This document shows positions 19,181 to 27,920 of a DNA stretch of 64,000 nt, one piece after another (the first letter of the stretch is position 1; each line of letters opens with the position of its first letter). This DNA comes from Armatimonadetes bacterium DC. Its GTDB lineage: Bacteria > Armatimonadota > Fimbriimonadia > Fimbriimonadales > GBS-DC. A model generated the notes under the pieces. It did no database searches. It saw only the letters and a program-made list of their open reading frames with translations, and was not told where the DNA came from. The stretch is taken from assembly GCA_001442985.1 (NCBI GenBank), contig LDYB01000020.1, forward strand, positions 225,698 through 289,697. Reading direction: 5' to 3'. A program made the position numbers and the translations under genes.

Positions 19181-19198
19181 TATACCCGACGGGTATAC
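19181..19198. promoter_or_regulatory. 17-nt perfect palindrome TATACCCGACGGGTATA forming back-to-back -10 boxes (TATAAT minus, TATACT plus)
   Basis: Read directly from the sequence. ROK ATG lies 9 nt downstream of TATACT. Same CCCGACGGG core as at 10279..10287. Confidence 0.5.
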
Positions 19199-19207
19199 TC
19201 TGGGGAG

Positions 19208-20249
19208 CATGGCGGTTCAGGCAGTTATGGGTGTGGATTTAGGCGGCACGAATGTGCGTGCGGGCGTGTTGACGCAGGCGGGCGAACTGCTCGCGCCCCC
19301 AGTGCAAAACCCATCCCGTGCGCAGGAGGGCTTCGAGGTAACGCTGGAGCAGATTCTGCTGACTCTTGAGCAGGCGATAGAGGGTTCAGGCGTATCGCGC
19401 GATGCCATCGGCGCGATTGGGATGGCAGTACCAGGACACATCGATTCCGCGCAGGGGGTCGTGCGCTGGGCGCCCAACTTCGGCTACACCCGTGCGGACG
19501 GCGTTTTTGAGGCATGGCGCGACATCCCGCTGGCAGCCGCTGTGGAATCGCGCCTGAACATCTCCGTGGTGATGGGCAACGACGCGAATCTGGCGGCGCT
19601 GGGCGAATATTATTACGGCTCTGGGCGCGGCACAGCACGGGGACTCGTGATGATTACGCTGGGCACCGGGATTGGCGGCGGCGTGGTGCTGACGCGCGAG
19701 CAGATTCAGGGCAACGCCGACTGGAAAGGCGGCGTACTGCTGGTGGGTTTCAGCGGCGGCGCGGGCGAGCTGGGACATGTGATTATCGCCTTCAACGGAC
19801 CGCGCTGTGGCTGCGGCGCGCAGGGCTGTGTGGAAGCCTTTGCACGACGCGACGCGATTGTGGAACTCGCCCGCGAACTGATGCGGCGCCACCCCAATAG
19901 CCTGTTGCACCAGCTGGCGCATGGCGACCCTGCAAACATCACGCCCGCGCTCGTGAGCGAAGCCTACGCGCAGGGCGACCCCCTCGCCGCGCACATCTGG
20001 GAGCAGATTGGCGCCTACCTCGGCGTCGCGATTGCGAACTACATCCATATCTTCAACCCCGAAGTCGTGGCGATTGGCGGGCAGATTGCCAAGGCAGGCA
20101 AGCCACTCTTTGAGGCGATTCACCGCACGGTACGCGCCTATGCCATCCCCACCCTGCTCGAAGGCTGCCGAATCGTGCCTGCGGAACGGATTGAAGATGC
20201 GGGCATCCTCGGTGGAGGCGCACTGGCATGGCAGAAGGTCGCCCCGTAA
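19208..20249 (+). CDS. glk: ROK-family glucokinase
   Basis: MGVDLGGTNVRAG ... ROK signature with Cys-rich zinc motif (GPRCGCGAQGCVEA). Start re-set to ATG 19208. Confidence 0.8.
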
Positions 20250-20382
20250 GCCGCAAGTGGCGCATGCACAGGCGCGAGGAGACCAAGCCCGACGGGCGCC
20301 GAATCTACTATTACACCTTCCAGCCCGAAGCCGATTCGGGTATGCTAATTAACCCAAACTCAACGAAGGAGGTTCACAACCG

Positions 20383-20502
20383 ATGCGAATGCGCGAACGC
20401 GAGCTGCGACAGCGACGACACCGACGCATGAAACGCCTGAAGGCGCGTCGGCGCGAAGCACGACTCAAAGCGCAAGCCCAAAAAGCGGAGAGTAAGGCAT
20501 GA
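20383..20502 (+). CDS. Small highly basic Arg/Lys-rich protein (39 aa), candidate
   Basis: AAGGAGG sits 9 nt upstream of ATG 20383. Peptide: MRMRERELRQRRHRRMKRLKARRREARLKAQAQKAESKA. Its stop TGA overlaps the ATG of the downstream 5'-nucleotidase (ATGA). Confidence 0.4.
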   Translation: MRMRERELRQRRHRRMKRLKARRREARLKAQAQKAESKA

Positions 20503-22013
20503 GAAAGTGGCTCTTCTCGGTGAGCCTGCTGGGGCTGAGCCTGCACCTGAGCTTCGCCTTAGACTCCAGCGGGCGCTGGCTCCGACTGACGATTCTGCAC
20601 ACCAACGATACACATGGACACTTGCTCCCCTTCAGCTACCCTCAGGGAATCGCGCCCGAATCGCCCGCGGCGCAGATGCCCTTCAAAGAGAACATCGGCG
20701 GGATTGCCCGCCGCGCCACGCTTATCAACAACCTGCGCGAGGCGCTTCATGGGCAAACGCTGGTGATAGACGCAGGCGACTACATGGACGGCACCCCTTT
20801 CTCGCTGGAGTTTCAGGGCGAGGCGGATGTCGCCTGCATGAACGCCGTGGGCTACGACTTCGCCACGCTGGGCAATCACGAGTTCAGCAACAGCCTGCCC
20901 CAGATTCAGAAACTGCTAACGATGAGCCGCTTCACGAATGTGCTGGCAAACGCGCGCCTGCGCGCCAACGGGCAGCCCCTGTGTCAGCCGTATGTGATTG
21001 TGGAGCGGTTCGGGCTAAAAATCGCGCTGTTTGGCTTGATCGTGCGCGACACCCAGAACTACCGCGGCGCCCGTGAAGGGGTGGATATTTTAGACCCCTT
21101 TGAGACAGCACGCCAGCTCGTACCCCAGCTGCGTGCGCAGGCGGACCTCGTGATTCTCATCTCCCATCTGGGGTACGAAGACGACCAGCGCCTCGCCCGT
21201 GAAGTGCCCGGAATTGATGTGATTGTCGGCGGGCACTCCCACACGCGCCTGACGGAACCCACCTTCATCGAGTGGGGCAAAAAAGACGCGCCAAACCTGG
21301 GCGGTACGCTGATTGTGCAGGCGTTCCAGTGGGGCGGCGAACTGGGACGGTTAGACCTCATCTTCTGGCGCAATCCCGACACGAACCGCTGGGAAATGCT
21401 CGCCTACAAGGGGCAGCTCCTCCCCATCACCGCCGATATACCTGAAGACCCCAGCACGCGCAAGGTGCTGGACAGCTACTGGAAACGCATCGCGAAGCGC
21501 TACGGGCGTATCGTGGGCGTGGCGACCGATGATTTTGTGCAACGCGGCGATGACTACGCCCATTACAACCTCGTGAGCGACGCCATTCGCGAAACCTTCG
21601 GCTCCGAGTTCGATCTGCAAAACATGTACGGCGTGCGCATCGAGCTCTCAAAGGGCGCGATTAGCTACTATGACCTGGCGCGCATGCTCCCCTTCGGGAA
21701 TACGATTGTGCGCTTTGAAATCCGTGGGCGCGACTTGAAAGCGATTCTGGAACGCCATCGCCCCGCCGTGAGCGGAATTCGCTACCGCGTGGAGAACGGG
21801 CGCCTTGTGGAAGCCACGCTCAACGGCGAACCCATTCAGGATGACAAAATCTATAAAGGCACGACCAACTCTTACTTTGCGGGGCGCGTGCTGACAGAGA
21901 TGGGTATCCCGTTTGTCGATACGGGGCGCAAGCGGCTCGATGTGGTGGCGGATTATATTCGCAGGCACAGGCGGGTTAGCCCTGTTTATGACGGGCGGCG
22001 GGTTGTGCGGTAG
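20499..22013 (+). CDS. Bifunctional metallophosphatase/5'-nucleotidase (secreted)
   Basis: Signal peptide. ILHTNDTHGHL and GNHEF metallophosphoesterase motifs. C-terminal 5'-nucleotidase substrate-binding domain. Confidence 0.85.
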   Translation: MRKWLFSVSLLGLSLHLSFALDSSGRWLRLTILHTNDTHGHLLPFSYPQGIAPESPAAQMPFKENIGGIARRATLINNLREALHGQTLVIDAGDYMDGTPFSLEFQGEADVACMNAVGYDFATLGNHEFSNSLPQIQKLLTMSRFTNVLANARLRANGQPLCQPYVIVERFGLKIALFGLIVRDTQNYRGAREGVDILDPFETARQLVPQLRAQADLVILISHLGYEDDQRLAREVPGIDVIVGGHSHTRLTEPTFIEWGKKDAPNLGGTLIVQAFQWGGELGRLDLIFWRNPDTNRWEMLAYKGQLLPITADIPEDPSTRKVLDSYWKRIAKRYGRIVGVATDDFVQRGDDYAHYNLVSDAIRETFGSEFDLQNMYGVRIELSKGAISYYDLARMLPFGNTIVRFEIRGRDLKAILERHRPAVSGIRYRVENGRLVEATLNGEPIQDDKIYKGTTNSYFAGRVLTEMGIPFVDTGRKRLDVVADYIRRHRRVSPVYDGRRVVR

Positions 22014-22045
22014 CACCCACCGCCCCTTCCTGAAGATAGGGCACG

Positions 22046-23584
22046 ATGCGCTGGGTTCACTATCTCGGCATCGCAGTGATGGGACTGGCGGTGTACAGTT
22101 TGCGTCTGAAGGCGCCCTTCACTGCCGATGACCACTTTATTTTTCTGAAACTCCAGCAGGGGGGTGTGTTCGGCTTTGCCTCGCAGCCGCCCTCTATGTT
22201 TTTCCGACCGCTCATCTCGCTCCATTATTATCTGGATTATGTGCTGTGGGGGGTCTACCCCCTACTGTCGCACTTCATTAACCTGTTATGGCATACCCTG
22301 TGCGGGATTCTCGTGTGGCGACTGACCTACCGCTTGTTGATTCGCTGGAGGTGGACTCCGTTTCAGGCGGAGCCTGCGGCGTACTGGAGCGCCTTGCTGT
22401 TCACCATTTTGCCTGCGAATGTGGAGGCGGTGGCGTGGTTCGCGGCGCGCGCCGATATGGTCGCCACAGCAGGCGCACTGGGCGCGCTGATTCTGCTGGA
22501 GCAGTTTCAAAAGCGGGGCAAGGCGCTCCTCTACTGGGGTGCGGTGCTGTGCTTTGCGGGCGGGCTGTTTTGCAAAGAGTCGCTGTTGACCTTTCCGATA
22601 ATCGTGTGGCTGTGGCTGCGCTATCTGGGAGTGCCGTCGGCGGGGCGGCTCACGCTTCCTTTCTGGGGGATATGGCTGGTCTACCTCGCTCTGCGCACAT
22701 GGGCGACTCAGGGATTGGGGGCTTATCCTGAAGCGTGGGAGACGCTCACACGCCCGTGGTTGCTGGTGGTGAACGGGGTCGCCTATCTATTTCAGATGGG
22801 CATGCCCGCGATTCTGTATGGCTTGGGGCGCGACCGCTGGGATACGCTAATCTGGGGCGCGTGGGGGCTGGGGATGTTGCTAACGCTTTATGGCTGGCGC
22901 TCTCAGCGCATGGAAAAACCTGCTTCGCCGATAGACTGGCGCTTGCTGATGGGGCTGGCGTTACTCGCGATTGTGCCCGTGATAATTTTCAAGCCGTCGC
23001 CGTTTTACTTTCTCAACAGTCGCTATACCTATCTGGCGTCGGCGTTTGTGGTGGTGGGCGCTGGCGCATGGCTCTATCTAAGGGCGCGTCGGGGCGCATG
23101 GCTACGCGCCGGGCTGGCGCTGGTTTTGGTTGCCTACTATGGGGGCGCGTTGCGTCAGGTGGATGCGTGGCGCGAGGCGGGATATGTCGCACGCGCGTCG
23201 CTGATGTCGCTTCGACACACTCCTTCGGACACGACGCTGCTGATTTTGAGCCTGCCTGACCACTTTCACGGAGCCTATATCTGGCGTGCGGGGTTCCATG
23301 AGGCGGTGGCGTTGCTGTTGTCTGAGCGCGCGCCACAGCCGATGTATGTGATGAGCCGTTTCACGATGCGGTTGCGTACGGATGTGGCGGTTCACTTCGA
23401 AGAGGGCGTCGCGACGCTTTCCAGCCCGCAGGATATTTTCCTGCCCCCCGAAGGCGTGCGTACCCCTCCGGGCGATGAGGTGATTGTGATGCCCGACAAG
23501 CTTATCGTGCCGCTCGCGATTCAGCAACAGGGGATGGTGCTTCTCTACAGCGGGGGAGAGTTTGTGCCTGTGTTCGGGCATTGA
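22046..23584 (+). CDS. Polytopic membrane protein, GT-C-fold glycosyltransferase-like (PMT/ArnT/DUF2723-like)
   Basis: More than ten predicted TM helices. Acidic DD motif in the first loop (FTADDHFIF). Large C-terminal periplasmic domain. Assignment by architecture only. Confidence 0.4.
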   Translation: MRWVHYLGIAVMGLAVYSLRLKAPFTADDHFIFLKLQQGGVFGFASQPPSMFFRPLISLHYYLDYVLWGVYPLLSHFINLLWHTLCGILVWRLTYRLLIRWRWTPFQAEPAAYWSALLFTILPANVEAVAWFAARADMVATAGALGALILLEQFQKRGKALLYWGAVLCFAGGLFCKESLLTFPIIVWLWLRYLGVPSAGRLTLPFWGIWLVYLALRTWATQGLGAYPEAWETLTRPWLLVVNGVAYLFQMGMPAILYGLGRDRWDTLIWGAWGLGMLLTLYGWRSQRMEKPASPIDWRLLMGLALLAIVPVIIFKPSPFYFLNSRYTYLASAFVVVGAGAWLYLRARRGAWLRAGLALVLVAYYGGALRQVDAWREAGYVARASLMSLRHTPSDTTLLILSLPDHFHGAYIWRAGFHEAVALLLSERAPQPMYVMSRFTMRLRTDVAVHFEEGVATLSSPQDIFLPPEGVRTPPGDEVIVMPDKLIVPLAIQQQGMVLLYSGGEFVPVFGH

Positions 23585-23614
23585 GGGAGGCGGGCAGTGC
23601 CGCCTCCCCTCAGT

Positions 23615-24148
23615 TTACTGCTCGGCGTTCGGCGCGAAGTCGTCATACACAGGCAGAAAGTCGCGCCACGCTTCGCGGGAGATCGCTTTCACATACTGGG
23701 TCAGGCTCAGATACGGCACGAAGTGCGGGCGCCGCGGCTTGCGCAAGAGCTTCATCCCCGCCTGATTGGGGGTGCGGTCGCCCTTAATCAGGTTGCACTT
23801 ACGGCAGCATGCCACGAGGTTCTCCCATGTGTCGCCGCCGCCCATGCTTCGCGGCACCACATGGTCAATCGTCAAATCCTTGGACACATGCCCGCAATAC
23901 TGGCAGGTGTAGTTGTCGCGTGCCAGAATGGCGCGGCGGCTCACGCGCACCTGCGGCAGCGGGCGCTTAATCATATAGCGCAACCGAACAACCGACGGCG
24001 CCTCAAAGCCCCCGTTGACCGTGCGCACATAGTGCCCGTTGGTGCGCACCACCTCCGCCTTGCCCGTCAACACCATATTGACGGCACGGCGCATCGTGCA
24101 GATGTTCAACGGCTCATAGTTCTGATTCAGCACTAAGACCTCTGGCAT
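23615..24148 (-). CDS. HNH endonuclease
   Basis: CQYCGH ... [31 protein letters not shown] is the HNH motif with a zinc-binding Cys quartet. Confidence 0.85.
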   Translation of the reverse strand: MPEVLVLNQNYEPLNICTMRRAVNMVLTGKAEVVRTNGHYVRTVNGGFEAPSVVRLRYMIKRPLPQVRVSRRAILARDNYTCQYCGHVSKDLTIDHVVPRSMGGGDTWENLVACCRKCNLIKGDRTPNQAGMKLLRKPRRPHFVPYLSLTQYVKAISREAWRDFLPVYDDFAPNAEQ

Positions 24149-24484
24149 CGATCAGCGACCTCCCGAATTAAAAATGGGGAGCCAAACGCACACACCCGTG
24201 CAGGCTCCCCAGTCGACACGCGCCAGAGTAGACGGTAACGGTAGCGTCCGCGCGTGCCGAACCAGGAGCCTGTGCTCCAGCGTTCCGAATCGAACCGAAT
24301 CGGGTAGTGCGTTTGCATCACCCTATATTATAGCCTATTTTGTGGGCGAAAATCAAGGGGGAGGGGGTGTTGCTGCAGGAATTTGGGGTGCTTTGGTGAA
24401 TAAGGAGCAAGTCAGACGGGTGTCCCCCTGGCGCTGGTGCATTACATCTGGTAAACTCGGTTGCGTCTGATGACGCGGTAGTGA

Positions 24485-24641
24485 CGAGTGCGACGGCTTT
24501 ATTGCAAAGAACAGGCGATTCAGGGAACAGGATGCAGGAACCGCGTCCGTACAGGCATGGGTAGGGGCGCGGTCGCCGTGCCCCACGCGGTAAAGAGAGC
24601 CTTGCCATAAGGTGGCATGAGCATCCCTGCAACAGAGTAAG
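24485..24641. repeat. Copy B of the ~160-nt hairpin-rich element (diverged homolog of 914..1078)
   Basis: Shared blocks: ttgcaaaga, ggaacagga, ggaaccgcgtcc, gtaggggcgcggtcgcc(g/t)gccccacgcgg, agcatcc(t/c)tgcaa(t/c)agag. The C-to-T change in hairpin 3 preserves pairing as a G-U wobble. Ends 30 nt before the ATG of 24669..25049. Confidence 0.6.
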
Positions 24642-24668
24642 TGCCAAAATAATTGAGGAGGCAGCCCG

Positions 24669-25049
24669 ATGATTCTAATCAACTTCGCCCACCCCATCAC
24701 CGAACAACAAAAAAGTCAGATAGAGCAAATCACGGGGAAAGCGGTAGACAAAATCATAGACATCCCCGTGCAGTTCGATAATGCACAGCCCTTCGAGCCG
24801 CAGGTGTTAAGCCTGTTAGACAGGGTGGGGCTAAGCTCACAGGAGTGGCAAACTCTGCCAATCCTGATTAACCTCCCCAGCATGAATGTGATTACAGCGA
24901 TTTTACTGGCAGAGCTGCACGGGCGGATGGGGTACTTCCCCACGATAATCCGCCTGAGGCCGATTCAAGGGAGTACCCCACCGCAGTTTGAGGTGGCGGA
25001 GGTTATCAACTTGCAGGCGATTCGCGACAGCGCGCGGACGCGGCGTTAG
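24669..25049 (+). CDS. Hypothetical protein (126 aa)
   Basis: ORF with SD GAGGAGG 8 nt upstream. No recognisable motif. Confidence 0.5.
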   Translation: MILINFAHPITEQQKSQIEQITGKAVDKIIDIPVQFDNAQPFEPQVLSLLDRVGLSSQEWQTLPILINLPSMNVITAILLAELHGRMGYFPTIIRLRPIQGSTPPQFEVAEVINLQAIRDSARTRR

Positions 25050-25096
25050 TCAATTGGCGCACGCAGGCAGCAAGTGCCTGCGTGCGTGGCATTGCT

Positions 25097-27850
25097 TTAC
25101 GCCATCATCTTGCGCAACACCATCGGCAGGATGCCGCCGTGGCGGTAGTATTCCACCTCAATCGGCGTGTCCACGCGCGCCAGCACCTGGAAGGTGCGCT
25201 CGGAGCCATCAGGCTTGCGGGCACGCACGGTCAGCACCTTACGCGGGCTGAGGGTGTCAATCCCTTCAATGGTGAAGATTTCCTCGCCTGTCAGCCCCAG
25301 TGTTTGCACATTCTCGCCCGGCATGAACTGCAACGGCAGCACGCCCATGCCCACGAGGTTGCCGCGGTGGATGCGCTCGAAGCTTTCGGCGATTACGGCT
25401 TTCACGCCGAGCAGGGCGGTGCCTTTGGCTGCCCAGTCGCGCGAGCTGCCCGAACCGTACTCCTTGCCTGCCAGCACAATCAGCGGTGTGCCCGACGCCT
25501 TATAGCGCTGGCACGCCTCAAAGATGGTCGTGCGCTCGCCCGTGTCCCAGTGGATGGTGTAGCCGCCCTCCACGCCCGGCAGAAGCAGGTTCTTGATGCG
25601 GATGTTGGCAAAAGTGCCGCGAATCATCACCTCGTGGTTGCCGCGCCGCGAGCCGTAGGTGTTGAAATCACGCGGGTCCACGCCCTTGCTGATCAGGTAC
25701 TGCCCCGCTGGGCTGTCCACGGGGATACTGCCAGCGGGCGAGATGTGGTCGGTGGTGATGCTGTCGCCGAAGATGGCAAGCACCCGTGCGCCCACGATAT
25801 TCTGCATGGGGGGTGGCGTGTCGGGCATGTCGTCAAAGTACGGCGGGCGCTGGATGTAGGTGCTGTTCGGGTCCCACTCGTACACTTCTGATTCGGGGAT
25901 GGGCAACGCACGCCAGTGTTCGTCGCCGTCAAAGACCTGCGCGTAGCGGTGCTTGAACATCTCGGAGCGCAGAGCGCGGGCAATCGTGTCGCGCACCTCC
26001 TGCGGGCTGGGCCACAGGTCGCGCAGGTAAACTGGCTCGCCGTTCGGGTCGTGCCCCAGCGGCTCATTCAGCAGGTCAATCTCCACCGTACCTGCCAGTG
26101 CGTAGGCGACCACCAGCGGCGGCGAGGCGAGGTAGTTCGCCTTCACCAGCGGGTTGATGCGCGCCTCAAAGTTGCGGTTGCCCGAGAGTACCGCCGCCAC
26201 CACCAAATCACCCTCTTTGATGGCTTTCGCAATCGGCTCTGGGAGCGGACCGCTGTTGCCGATGCAGGTCGTGCAGCCGTAGCCCACCACATGGAAGCGC
26301 AACGCCTCCAGATAGGGCAGCAGCCCCGCGTTCGCGAGATAGTCCGTTACCACACGGCTGCCCGGCGCAAGGCTGGTCTTCACCCACGGCTTGACGGTCA
26401 GCCCGCGCTCCACCGCCTTTTTCGCCAGCAGCCCTGCCGCCACCATCACCATCGGGTTGGAGGTGTTGGTGCAGGAGGTAATCGCGGCAATCACCACATC
26501 GCCGTGCTTGAGGAACACCTCCTCGCCGTCAATCAACACGGGCACGCCTGCGTGCCCACGCTCGGCAGGGGTCGTTTCGGCAGGCGATTCGTTGTCCCAG
26601 CGTCCATCTTGAGGTAGGGTCAGCCCGAAGCCGCCCTCTCGAATGGGCGTGTAGAGCAGTCGCTGGAAGGTCGGCTTCATCTCCCGAAGCGGCACGCGGT
26701 CGTGCGGGCGTTTGGGACCCGCAAGGCTCGGCTCTACCGTACTCAAATCCAGCTCCACGACGGTGGAATATTCGGGGTCGGGCGTCTCGTCGGTACGGAA
26801 CAGCGCGTTTTCTTTGCAGTAGGCTTCCACCAGCCGCACGAGGCTCTCGTGGCGTCCCGTGAAGCGCAGGTAGTCCAGCGTGCGCTCGTCTACCGGGAAG
26901 AAGCCCATCGTGGCGCCATATTCGGGCGCCATGTTCGCAATCGTGGCGCGGTCTTCCACGGTCAGCGTGCTTAAGCCCGGACCGAAGAATTCCACGAACT
27001 TATCCACCACGCCAACCTTGCGCAAAAGCTGGGTTACGGTCAGCACAAGGTCGGTCGCGGTGGCGCCTTCGGGCAGTTGTCCCGTGAGTTTGACGCCCAC
27101 CACCTGCGGGATGAGCATATAGTAGGGCTGTCCCAGCATCACGGCTTCCGCCTCGATACCGCCCACGCCCCAGCCCAGAATGCCAAGCGCGTTAATCATT
27201 GTGGTGTGGCTATCGGTGCCCACCAGCGAGTCGGGGAACGCCAGCGCCTCGCCGTTCACATTTTTGGTGTAGACCACACGCCCCAGATACTCCAGATTCA
27301 CCTGATGCACGATGCCGGTGCCGGGGGGAACAACCCGGAAGCCGTCAAACGCCTGCTGTGCCCAGCGCAGCAGCATGTAGCGCTCGCGGTTGCGCTCGAA
27401 CTCCTTCTCCACATTGTAGAAGAAGGCGTACTCGGTGCCGAAATAGTCCACCTGCACCGAGTGGTCAATCACCAGATCAGAGGGCACGACGGGGTTGATG
27501 CGCTTGGGGTCTTTGCCGCGTGCCTGCATCGCGTCGCGCATGGCAACGAGGTCGACCACGCAGGGCACGCCCGTGAAATCTTGTAAAATGACGCGCGTGG
27601 GCATCAGGGGGATTTCCTGAAGCGGGGGCTGGGGTTGCCAGCTGGCAAGGGCGCGCAAAATGGTTTCGGCGTCTTCGCCCAGCAGCAGCGCGCCTTCCGG
27701 CGACTCCGCGACGCGCAACATATTCTCTAACAGAACGCGGATGGAAAAGGGCAATCGGTCAATGGTGCCCAAACCCTGTTTTTCGGCGGCGGGCAGGCTG
27801 AAGTAGGTGTAATTCTGTCCTTCTACCGAGAGTGTGGCTTTCGTCGTCAT
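25097..27850 (-). CDS. acnA: Aconitate hydratase A
   Basis: 917 aa. Three Cys ligands in context (SCTNTSNP ... [10 protein letters not shown]). The SGNRNFEAR (SGNRNFEGR-type) motif is also present. Confidence 0.92.
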   Translation of the reverse strand: MTTKATLSVEGQNYTYFSLPAAEKQGLGTIDRLPFSIRVLLENMLRVAESPEGALLLGEDAETILRALASWQPQPPLQEIPLMPTRVILQDFTGVPCVVDLVAMRDAMQARGKDPKRINPVVPSDLVIDHSVQVDYFGTEYAFFYNVEKEFERNRERYMLLRWAQQAFDGFRVVPPGTGIVHQVNLEYLGRVVYTKNVNGEALAFPDSLVGTDSHTTMINALGILGWGVGGIEAEAVMLGQPYYMLIPQVVGVKLTGQLPEGATATDLVLTVTQLLRKVGVVDKFVEFFGPGLSTLTVEDRATIANMAPEYGATMGFFPVDERTLDYLRFTGRHESLVRLVEAYCKENALFRTDETPDPEYSTVVELDLSTVEPSLAGPKRPHDRVPLREMKPTFQRLLYTPIREGGFGLTLPQDGRWDNESPAETTPAERGHAGVPVLIDGEEVFLKHGDVVIAAITSCTNTSNPMVMVAAGLLAKKAVERGLTVKPWVKTSLAPGSRVVTDYLANAGLLPYLEALRFHVVGYGCTTCIGNSGPLPEPIAKAIKEGDLVVAAVLSGNRNFEARINPLVKANYLASPPLVVAYALAGTVEIDLLNEPLGHDPNGEPVYLRDLWPSPQEVRDTIARALRSEMFKHRYAQVFDGDEHWRALPIPESEVYEWDPNSTYIQRPPYFDDMPDTPPPMQNIVGARVLAIFGDSITTDHISPAGSIPVDSPAGQYLISKGVDPRDFNTYGSRRGNHEVMIRGTFANIRIKNLLLPGVEGGYTIHWDTGERTTIFEACQRYKASGTPLIVLAGKEYGSGSSRDWAAKGTALLGVKAVIAESFERIHRGNLVGMGVLPLQFMPGENVQTLGLTGEEIFTIEGIDTLSPRKVLTVRARKPDGSERTFQVLARVDTPIEVEYYRHGGILPMVLRKMMA

Positions 27851-27920
27851 CGCTCGCTCCTCCGTAGAGATTGTACCTCAAGAGGGGGCCACAGACTGCC
27901 TTCATTCAGGCAGAGGATAT

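Noticed and set aside
20228-20431. 67-aa ORF overlapping the end of the glucokinase gene and the basic small ORF
   Set aside because: Its frame runs through the SD and start of the better-supported 39-aa ORF and overlaps the glucokinase 3' end. It has no SD of its own.
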